This document shows positions 1 through 7,006 of a stretch of 53,660 nt of DNA, piece by piece (positions within the stretch are counted from its first letter, which is position 1; each line of letters starts with the position of its first letter). The stretch is from a virus. Location of the stretch: positions 1 through 53,660 of the IMG/VR virus record IMGVR_UViG_3300045988_124798; one strand, given 5' to 3'. The notes below the pieces were generated by a model that did not search any database, was not told the origin of the DNA, and worked only from the letters and a program-made list of their open reading frames with translations. The position numbers were made by a program, and so were the translations under genes.

Positions 1-55
1 AAGCGGTTGCAAAAGAATAAAGAGGTGGTTTCATGTCAAGAATCCCAAATGATGA
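1..55. repeat. Terminal overlap: nt 1-55 identical to nt 53606-53660 (circular closure of the contig)
   Basis: Direct comparison of both ends. The ATG at 33 corresponds to 53638, just after the portal stop at 53625. Confidence 0.95.
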
Positions 56-653
56 ATTGCATACAGAGAAAATTGTATATGAAACCTATTTCGGCGAAAT
101 GGAAATATCTGACGAAGAAAAGAAAGAACGGCTTGAGTTGGCAAAAAAACTTGAGCCGATTTTTATTTCTTTTTTCTACGCTTTCTTGGAATCTGGAGAG
201 GATGAAGATAATTTCCTACAAAGTCTTTCTGCGGAATATGAGAAAGCGGCGTTGAAGTTTCTAAAGGTCAGAGAGCCACCAGCGTACATAAAGGAATACT
301 CGGAGAAAATCACAGAAGATATTGTCCGAACAACGATTGAAAATAAGGATATGCCATACTTTACATCTGTTGAGCGCGCCATGAATATTGCGGCGAATGA
401 AGCAAATACCATCGGCAACTACCGAGAATACACCAGAATGGTTAAGCAAGGCTATCAATACAAAACATGGATAACCATGAATGATGATAAAGTGCGGCAT
501 ACGCACGCAGAATCGAATGGATATAAAATCGGGATATTCGATTCCTTTCAAATAGGTGCATCTGAAATGTCCTTCCCTCGTGACTACTCTTTGGGGGCGA
601 GTGCGGAAGAAATTGTAAATTGCAGATGTAGCCTGAAATACACGAAAACTTAA
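33..653 (+). CDS. Head morphogenesis / minor capsid protein (SPP1 gp7 / Mu F-like domain)
   Basis: 206-aa ORF directly after portal. C-terminal HTHAESNGY...NCRCSL motif is typical of the family. RBS AGAGGTGG lies upstream. Confidence 0.8.
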   Translation: MSRIPNDELHTEKIVYETYFGEMEISDEEKKERLELAKKLEPIFISFFYAFLESGEDEDNFLQSLSAEYEKAALKFLKVREPPAYIKEYSEKITEDIVRTTIENKDMPYFTSVERAMNIAANEANTIGNYREYTRMVKQGYQYKTWITMNDDKVRHTHAESNGYKIGIFDSFQIGASEMSFPRDYSLGASAEEIVNCRCSLKYTKT

Positions 654-679
654 ACAGTCCGTTTGGGCTGTTTTTTGTT
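654..679 (+). terminator. Terminator-like hairpin inside the late operon
   Basis: acagtcc-gttt-gggctgt gives a 7-bp stem with one G.U pair, followed by tttttgttt. Confidence 0.45.
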
Positions 680-771
680 TATAAAAATTAAGCAGCTATG
701 CGGTAAATAGCAAACTCAGCAGGTGCGACCTGCGGTAACAAAAGCGTGAGTAAATGACAGGAGGTAATCAC

Positions 772-1329
772 ATGACAAGAGAACAGGTATTGAAACTTTT
801 TCCAGATGCTACGGATGAGCAGATTACAAATCTGTTAAACCAGAGCAACAAGGAAGTGCTGAACGAAAAAAATAAAATCGCACAGTACAAAGAAAAAGCT
901 GATAAGGCAGACGAATTACAGGCAAAGATTGACGAATTGGAATCAAACGGTTTGTCTGAAACTGAAAAAGCCAATAAAGCGTTGGAAACAGCAAATGCAA
1001 GAATCGCAGAACTCGAAAGGGCACAGACATTGGCTACACAAAGAAACACTGCGGCTGCGAAATTCAAAGTAACTGCTGAACAGGCGGCGCAGATTGTAAA
1101 GGATGACGGCTCTTTCGATTATGACGTTCTCGGACAGATTATCTCTGATAAAGAAACGGCTGCTGCCAAGGCGAAAGAGGATGAAATTGCAAACAACTCC
1201 CCTAACCCTAACGGAAGTAATGGCGGCGGCGAAACGCAGACGGAGGCTGAAAAAATTGCAAAAGACATCGGCAGTAGATGGTCTGATGCAAATAAAACGG
1301 CTGAATCTGTTTTAAAAGACTATATGTAA
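772..1329 (+). CDS. Capsid scaffolding protein (GP20-like)
   Basis: ATG at 772 lies 8 nt after AGGAGG. Coiled-coil, acidic, A/E/K-rich. N-terminus MTREQVLKLFPDATDEQI resembles the GP20 scaffold family. Sits between gp7-like and capsid genes. Confidence 0.7.
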   Translation: MTREQVLKLFPDATDEQITNLLNQSNKEVLNEKNKIAQYKEKADKADELQAKIDELESNGLSETEKANKALETANARIAELERAQTLATQRNTAAAKFKVTAEQAAQIVKDDGSFDYDVLGQIISDKETAAAKAKEDEIANNSPNPNGSNGGGETQTEAEKIAKDIGSRWSDANKTAESVLKDYM

Positions 1330-1342
1330 GGAGGCTGAAGAA

Positions 1343-1669
1343 ATGAAATTTAAAGAATCAAGCGTAACTACGCAAAAGGAAATTCTGAAAAGAAAATTGG
1401 GCGGCGAATTGTTCGTTCCTATAAAATTGGACGCATCGGCGTTTACAGAAGGTGTGTGCAAGGCTGGGAATCCTATTTCCGCAGAAGGAAAGAAGGTAAA
1501 TGACAATACGGCTATCGGCATTTTGCTTTCGGATACATACGATGAAAACCCCAACGGAACCATCATAAAGGCTTTTGCTTGCGTAAATGAAAAAAATGCA
1601 AATGCAAATGCTGGCATTACGATTGCGACCGAGGCAAAAACAGCCATGCCGCTGATTGTATTTGAATAA
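1343..1669 (+). CDS. Small head protein in the decoration-protein position
   Basis: 108-aa ORF with AAGGAGG RBS immediately upstream of an E-family major capsid gene, the lambda D/E-like order. No motif recognised. Confidence 0.35.
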   Translation: MKFKESSVTTQKEILKRKLGGELFVPIKLDASAFTEGVCKAGNPISAEGKKVNDNTAIGILLSDTYDENPNGTIIKAFACVNEKNANANAGITIATEAKTAMPLIVFE

Positions 1670-1683
1670 GGAGGTGTAAAGTA

Positions 1684-2751
1684 ATGAAAATTATAGATGT
1701 ATATAGCGCAAAGGCGGTTGCTCTTGTGCAGACAGAAGTAGCAAGCAATAGAAAGCGTTACATTGGCGAAGGTCTGTTCCCTGCGAAAAAGAAAATGGGT
1801 CTTGACTTGAAATGGATTAAAACGTCAAAAGGTCTGCCTGTTTCTCTGTCTCCTTCTAACTTTGATGCAGTTTCTACACTGAGAAGTAGAGAAGGATTTA
1901 AGATGACTGAGACAGAAATGGCGTTCTTCCGTGAATCCAGAATTGTCAAGGAAACTGACGAGCAGGAAATGTTGCGTGTACAAGAGTCAACAGACCCTTA
2001 TGTACAGGAGATATTAAGTAGAGTTTTTGACGATGTAAATGATTTGGTTGAAGGTGCGAGGGTTGTACCGGAAAGAATGATTATGCAGCTGTTAGCTCCT
2101 TCTGACGGTTCCCCTAAAATCTCCATTCAGGCAGACGGTGCTACATACGCATACAACTACGACCCTAACAACGATTACAAAACAAACAACTTTGCAGAGT
2201 TGTCTGGGGAAACTGATAAATGGTCTGACGTTGAAAACTCCGACCCTCTTGAAGATGTTTCTAATGGGCTGGATTCTGTTGAAGCCAAAACAGGCGAAAG
2301 ACCTTCTGTTATGATTGTTTCCAGACAGACCATGAACTATCTGAAAAAGAACAAGAAAATCAAATCTGCAATTCTGGCACAGAATGTAACGGCGAATATC
2401 TTTATGGATGATGCCAGAGTGAATGAACTCTTTTCTTCTGAACTGGGGGTAAATATTATCGTTTACGCTAAACAGTACAAAAATGAAGATGGGGTCGTTT
2501 CTAAATTCTATCCAGATGGTTTTGCAACACTGATTCCAGAGGGCGCACTGGGTAACACATGGTACGGCACAACACCAGAAGAACGTACGCTGATGGGAAG
2601 TAAGGAAGCGGATGTATCCATTGTCAATACAGGCGTTGCAGTTGCGGTAACGGTTTCTAATGACCCTGTGCAGACAAAGACAACCGTATCCGAAATTGTA
2701 CTGCCCTCTTATGAGAGAATGGACAGCACCTATGTTATTAAATGCTACTAA
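1684..2751 (+). CDS. Major capsid protein (lambda E-like family)
   Basis: 355 aa with strong RBS. Position and size fit. N-terminal ...GEGLFPAKK...DLKWIK... resembles the Phage_cap_E family. Confidence 0.8.
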   Translation: MKIIDVYSAKAVALVQTEVASNRKRYIGEGLFPAKKKMGLDLKWIKTSKGLPVSLSPSNFDAVSTLRSREGFKMTETEMAFFRESRIVKETDEQEMLRVQESTDPYVQEILSRVFDDVNDLVEGARVVPERMIMQLLAPSDGSPKISIQADGATYAYNYDPNNDYKTNNFAELSGETDKWSDVENSDPLEDVSNGLDSVEAKTGERPSVMIVSRQTMNYLKKNKKIKSAILAQNVTANIFMDDARVNELFSSELGVNIIVYAKQYKNEDGVVSKFYPDGFATLIPEGALGNTWYGTTPEERTLMGSKEADVSIVNTGVAVAVTVSNDPVQTKTTVSEIVLPSYERMDSTYVIKCY

Positions 2752-2767
2752 AAAGGAGGTCGGTTAA

Positions 2768-2986
2768 ATGAAATTCGACCATAAAGTAAAGCATAATGGC
2801 ATCTGGTATGAGCCTTTTGAGGAAGTACCAGATACTGACGGCAAGAGAACTTACACAAAAAGCGAAATTGCAAAAATGCCTGTCAATGAACTGCGGCAGC
2901 TGGCGTTGACCGTAGGTGTTGAGGGTGCAGAAGAAATGAACGGCACAGAACTGAAACAGTACATCCTGTCCGTATTCGGACTGTAA
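2768..2986 (+). CDS. Hypothetical small head-module protein (SAP/Rho-N-like C-terminal helices)
   Basis: 72-aa ORF with AAGGAGG RBS. Segment NELRQLALTVGVEGAEEMNGTELKQYI looks like a Rho_N/SAP helix pair. Confidence 0.4.
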   Translation: MKFDHKVKHNGIWYEPFEEVPDTDGKRTYTKSEIAKMPVNELRQLALTVGVEGAEEMNGTELKQYILSVFGL

Positions 2987-3000
2987 AGGAGTGATTGCTT

Positions 3001-3357
3001 ATGGCTGATTACAGCATTTTGGAACAAGTGAAAATCAGACTGCGGCAGTTTCACGTTGACGAGAATGATACTGTGATATTCGACAATAAGGAAGAAAATC
3101 CGCTCTTGAACCAACTGATAGAACAGGCGAAAAAGGAGATTATCGCAAGGCGTATGTATCCAGAATCATACACCGAAAGGGATATTTTGTCTGACTTAAA
3201 GAGGTTTGAAAACAATATCGTTGACTTGGCTGTGTATGACCACTCTCAAGCAGGAGAGGCTTACATGGAAAGCTATTCCGAAAACGGCATAAGCCGCACT
3301 TGGAAGAATAGAGAGGATTTGTTCTTTGGCGTATACCCATTTGTAAAGGTTCTGTAA
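3001..3357 (+). CDS. Head-tail connector/adaptor (gp6-like)
   Basis: ATG at 3001 lies 9 nt after AAGGAG. About 118 aa, in the position after the capsid gene, with the typical helical N-terminus of gp6-like adaptors. Confidence 0.55.
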   Translation: MADYSILEQVKIRLRQFHVDENDTVIFDNKEENPLLNQLIEQAKKEIIARRMYPESYTERDILSDLKRFENNIVDLAVYDHSQAGEAYMESYSENGISRTWKNREDLFFGVYPFVKVL

Positions 3358-3452
3358 AGGGGTTAAAGCAAACTGGCTTTAGTCGTTTTTAGTGCGTTGC
3401 CATTGGGAGCTTCAATAAATTTATAGAATTTTTTGGAATTTAATCGAAAATA

Positions 3453-3466
3453 AATGAAATTTCATT
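3453..3466. repeat. 14-bp perfect palindrome AATGAAATTTCATT in an AT-rich intergenic insert
   Basis: Read directly. Lies in the 238-nt non-coding gap 3358-3595. Confidence 0.9.
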
Positions 3467-3595
3467 AAAAATTCGCTTAATTTTTCTATTAAATTCGATA
3501 GATTTTATTTTTTTTAACGAAATGGCAGCAGGGGTGCATCGTATTATGTGGCGGTGGGCTGATGCACAATTATTAAGCAGAAAGGCGGTACAGAA

Positions 3596-3895
3596 ATGCA
3601 AGTCGAAATAGCATATCTCATAAGCATAGTATCTTTGGCATTTTCCGTCTTTTTCGGGTTGAAAAGCAGTAAGCATACAGACACAAAGGATATTGAGGAG
3701 CGTGTGAAGGATAACACAAGAATCAATATGAAACTGGATGCCATTGCCGGCACAACACAGGAAATAAAATCGGAAATATCCACAATGAGAGAAGAAATCA
3801 ATAAGCACAATGACAAGATTATTAAGTTGGAGCAGAGCCTTAAATCTGCGCACCATAGACTTGATACTCTTGAGGAACGAATGAATCATGAGTAG
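3596..3895 (+). CDS. Membrane-anchored coiled-coil protein (N-terminal TM; XhlA-like architecture, inverted topology)
   Basis: 99 aa. Hydrophobic IAYLISIVSLAFSVFFGL followed by heptad-rich charged helix. Preceded by the AT-rich gap. Confidence 0.45.
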   Translation: MQVEIAYLISIVSLAFSVFFGLKSSKHTDTKDIEERVKDNTRINMKLDAIAGTTQEIKSEISTMREEINKHNDKIIKLEQSLKSAHHRLDTLEERMNHE

Positions 3896-3906
3896 GTGGT
3901 TTTCAA

Positions 3907-4329
3907 ATGCTCGATATTAACAGACAAAAGATGTTCTATTCAAAACAAATCGGTCAAGTCCCTGTCTATGATACGGACGAGGATGGGAATTTGAAATACA
4001 TCACTGTGGACGGAAACAAAGTGCCGATAGAAACAGGAGAATACACAACTGGGTACGATGCACCTGTACCCTTCCGTTCTTCCATAAGCAATAAATTGAG
4101 CGAATCTCTTATTAAAGAGTTTGGTGTTGATAATTCAACGAATTTTGTTCAGATAGTCGATGACAAGGGAAAACTTCCTTTGTCTGTCGGGGATTTGGTG
4201 TGGAAGAAATCTGCGGTTCAGTATAAGGCGGCAATGGTCGATAAGACAAGCTGCGACTACATCGTCAAAGGCGTTGCGGATGAAGGGCTGACGGTTGATT
4301 TGTTTCTGCTACAAAAGAATGTAAAGTAG
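3907..4329 (+). CDS. Putative neck/head-closure protein
   Basis: 140-aa ORF in the connector block. Assigned by position only. Confidence 0.3.
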   Translation: MLDINRQKMFYSKQIGQVPVYDTDEDGNLKYITVDGNKVPIETGEYTTGYDAPVPFRSSISNKLSESLIKEFGVDNSTNFVQIVDDKGKLPLSVGDLVWKKSAVQYKAAMVDKTSCDYIVKGVADEGLTVDLFLLQKNVK

Positions 4330-4337
4330 GTGGAAGT

Positions 4338-4694
4338 ATGGAAAATAAAACTGTAAATATTCTTGGAGAGAAATACTCAATTATGTTTGTGGATGAATAT
4401 CCAGAACGATTTTCTGATTTTGAGGAATCAACGGACGCTCTGTGCAATTTCTATGACAAAGTTATTTATGTATTAAATCCAAAAGAAAAAGTCCTAACGG
4501 AAGATGGGAAAATCAACTTAAACAAAAAGAAACTTAGGCATGAGATAGTCCATGCCTTTCTTTTTGAAAGTGGTTTATCTTCCAATACGCATGGGATTTA
4601 TGGTGCATGGGCTGAGAATGAAGAAATGGTTGACTGGATTGCAATACAGTCTCCAAAAATATTTAAAGTGTTCCAAGAACTTGAAATTTTGTAG
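4338..4694 (+). CDS. Small HExxH metallopeptidase-like protein
   Basis: 118 aa with LRHEIVHAFLFESG (HExxH) motif. Similar in layout to the 106-aa ORF at 16830-17150. Confidence 0.5.
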   Translation: MENKTVNILGEKYSIMFVDEYPERFSDFEESTDALCNFYDKVIYVLNPKEKVLTEDGKINLNKKKLRHEIVHAFLFESGLSSNTHGIYGAWAENEEMVDWIAIQSPKIFKVFQELEIL

Positions 4695-4702
4695 GTGGTT
4701 CT

Positions 4703-5203
4703 ATGTCGAAGAAAATATCAATCAATATCATGTCCAATAAGTCCATCCAGAACGCCGTAAAAGAGGTTGAGAGCTACGCTTACGAATTGACTGATAAATG
4801 TAATGAATTGGCGAAAAAACTCGCTCAAGTGGGCGTACAGACCGCCAAAATGAAGGTCGCTCAATACGATGCTGTTTATACAGGAGAACTTCTTAGCAGT
4901 ATCAATTATGAGCAAGGAGCGGTCATCAAAAAAGGTGCAACGTGGATTGTATACACTGGATGTTCTTGGGCAAAATTTGTTGAGTTTGGTACAGGCATTG
5001 TCGGCAAAGAAAAACAACACAAAGCTATTGGCATTGTCGGTTGGAAGTATGACGTAAATGAGCATGGCGAAAAAGGATGGTTCTACTTTCGTGACGGCGA
5101 ATGGCACTGGACAAAGGGTATGCCCTCTCGCCCGTTTATGTATGAAACTTCCATAGAATTAGCAGAAAAGGTTGCGGAGGTTGCAAAGGAGGTGTTTGGT
5201 TGA
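4703..5203 (+). CDS. HK97 gp10-like head-tail joining protein
   Basis: 166 aa. The FVEFGTG motif and size are typical of the gp10 family. Confidence 0.6.
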   Translation: MSKKISINIMSNKSIQNAVKEVESYAYELTDKCNELAKKLAQVGVQTAKMKVAQYDAVYTGELLSSINYEQGAVIKKGATWIVYTGCSWAKFVEFGTGIVGKEKQHKAIGIVGWKYDVNEHGEKGWFYFRDGEWHWTKGMPSRPFMYETSIELAEKVAEVAKEVFG

Positions 5204-5610
5204 GTGATAATTCATGGGCTTATGACATTGGAACGGTTGTATTTTCAATCGTAAAGACAAAGGCTAAGCCAAAATTAGAGCCGAAGTATCCAACTGTATA
5301 CTTCACAAGTAACGGAAAGAAGTTAAGTGATGCCATTTTCCCTACCGTCTATATTCATCGTATGGCGACGGCTGAGCGTGGAGCAGACCTCGAGGGACTT
5401 TCCATAAACGCAACCTTGGAAACCTTCCAAGTGGATGTATTCACAAACACAAGCCAATCGGATGTAGGCAGAATAATGTCTGTTATAGCAGACGCATTCA
5501 AAGAAATGCGGTTCAAAGTTATTTCCCTTCCAGAATTTAATGAGGGAGATACATACAGAAGTACCGCAAGATTCCAAAGAGTAATAGGAGCAAATGACAG
5601 TTTAACGTGA
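5200..5610 (+). CDS. Putative tail completion/terminator protein
   Basis: 136 aa. TTG start overlaps the previous stop (TTGA). Sits immediately before the major tail gene. Confidence 0.4.
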   Translation: MSDNSWAYDIGTVVFSIVKTKAKPKLEPKYPTVYFTSNGKKLSDAIFPTVYIHRMATAERGADLEGLSINATLETFQVDVFTNTSQSDVGRIMSVIADAFKEMRFKVISLPEFNEGDTYRSTARFQRVIGANDSLT

Positions 5611-5637
5611 TAAAGCCATTTAGGGCTTTATTTTTTT
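5610..5637 (+). terminator. Hairpin plus T-run upstream of the major tail gene
   Basis: ataaagcc-atttag-ggctttat (8-bp stem) followed by tttttt. Confidence 0.6.
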
Positions 5638-5664
5638 ATGCAAAAAATAAAAGGAGGAATGAAT

Positions 5665-6138
5665 ATGGCAGTAGCAGGTATTTCCAGTTTGGGAATCACA
5701 TTCGGTTATGGCGTGGAAACCACGGCAGGAACAAAACCGACAATCTTCAAAAAGCTGACAAGAATAAACACTATCGGCGGCATTACTATTGAGCCAGAAC
5801 AGATTGACGCTTCCGCACTGGAGGATGAAATCACAAGATATGTAAAAGGCAGGGCTGATACAGGCGGTTCTTTCAATATCACTGTAAACCTTACAGATGA
5901 TACCAGAAAAGAATGGGAAAGTCTGATTACAGAATACAAAGGTCTGACAGGTGGCAAAAGAATGTGGTTTGAAACAATCGTGCCCGGTTTTGAAAACTCT
6001 TTCTTTGTTGTGGCGCAACCTCCCGAACAGATTCCGCAGCCAGAAATCAGCCAGAACGAACTTTTGACAGTTGAAATGCCACTGACGATTGAAGAATATA
6101 AGGGCATGGATGCTACGGTTGCGTTCTCGGGGGAATAA
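5665..6138 (+). CDS. Major tail protein
   Basis: ATG at 5665 lies 7 nt after AAGGAGG. About 157 aa. Sits upstream of the chaperone pair and tape measure. Flanked by hairpins. Confidence 0.7.
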   Translation: MAVAGISSLGITFGYGVETTAGTKPTIFKKLTRINTIGGITIEPEQIDASALEDEITRYVKGRADTGGSFNITVNLTDDTRKEWESLITEYKGLTGGKRMWFETIVPGFENSFFVVAQPPEQIPQPEISQNELLTVEMPLTIEEYKGMDATVAFSGE

Positions 6139-6223
6139 AACGCTATTCGCAGAATGAACAGGCTGTGACGGATAGCGAAGAAAACGCCAATTCAGCCGAA
6201 TATTACTACTAATAAAACATAGA

Positions 6224-6252
6224 GGGATGGAGAAAAAACCATCCCTTTTTTA
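6224..6252 (+). terminator. Rho-independent terminator after the major tail gene
   Basis: gggatgg-agaaaaaa-ccatccc followed by tttttt. Confidence 0.7.
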
Positions 6253-6269
6253 TTGTTCAAAAAGGAGAT

Positions 6270-6599
6270 ATGCAAATGAAAAACTTTACCATTAACAGCA
6301 AAGTGTATAAGGCAAAAGAATTTGATTTTAACCTTGTTTGCGACTTGGAGGATGAAGGTATTTCTCTTGAGGTCATGCAGGATAAGCCTATGTCCATGAT
6401 GAGAGCTTATTTCGGCATCTGCGCCGGAATCGGAAGAAAAGCGGCTGGGGAAGAAATGCAGAAACACATTGTTTCCGGCGGAAGTTTTGAGGAAATGGCA
6501 GAAGCTATGTCTGATGCTATGGAACAGTCTGATTTTTTTCGGGCTGCCAACAAGACAACGGAAGCGGAAACTGCGGAAAATCAGAGCGAAGCGGAATAA
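6270..6599 (+). CDS. Tail assembly chaperone (gpG-like)
   Basis: 109 aa with an acidic C-terminus. Directly precedes the tape measure region and contains the slippery heptamer. Confidence 0.75.
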   Translation: MQMKNFTINSKVYKAKEFDFNLVCDLEDEGISLEVMQDKPMSMMRAYFGICAGIGRKAAGEEMQKHIVSGGSFEEMAEAMSDAMEQSDFFRAANKTTEAETAENQSEAE

Positions 6600-7006
6600 G
6601 AAAAAAATACAAATCGTTTCGTGAATTGTTGATTGCTGAATGGTTTCCACAGGCATACGCTATCGGGGTTTCGTGGGATGAATTTTGGAGAATGAATCCG
6701 AGAATATTGTCTGCGATTGCAGAAGGATACAACCAACGTTTCAGAAACGCAGATTACATGAATTGGATAAACGGACAATATACGCTCGCCGCAGTTACTG
6801 TCGGTGTAGAGCGGAATTTGGCAGGAAGAAAGTCTAAGTCAGAGTATCCCAAAAATCCGTTCTTTGAAGAAATCGAAAAGCAGAACAAACCCCTTTCCGA
6901 TTATGAGTTACAAAAACAGCGTGAATTGTTTGTTGAGCGTTTAAAAACTATGCAGTCAAACTTTGAAATCTCTCACGGGAAGGTGGTGGAAATGAATAAT
7001 GAGTGA
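6270..7006 (+). CDS. Tail assembly chaperone frameshift product (gpGT-like)
   Basis: A -1 shift at 6533-6539 enters the frame of ORF 6626-7006. I translated 6539-6628 in that frame and found no stop. Confidence 0.7.
6533..6539 (+). promoter_or_regulatory. Programmed -1 ribosomal frameshift site T_TTT_TTT
   Basis: X_XXY_YYZ heptamer in the zero frame (gaT TTT TTT c), 60 nt before the gpG stop. Confidence 0.7.

Noticed and set aside
1-55. A biological direct terminal repeat (cos/DTR-type ends)
   Set aside because: The 55-nt length matches a common assembler k-mer. The repeat falls at the portal / head-morphogenesis gene junction rather than at a plausible terminus near terS.
3440-3889. 149-aa minus-strand ORF opposite the 3596-3895 gene and the AT-rich gap
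   Set aside because: It lies alone on the minus strand within the late operon. Its Cys/Phe/Ile-rich translation is typical of AT-rich antisense sequence, and it has no RBS.
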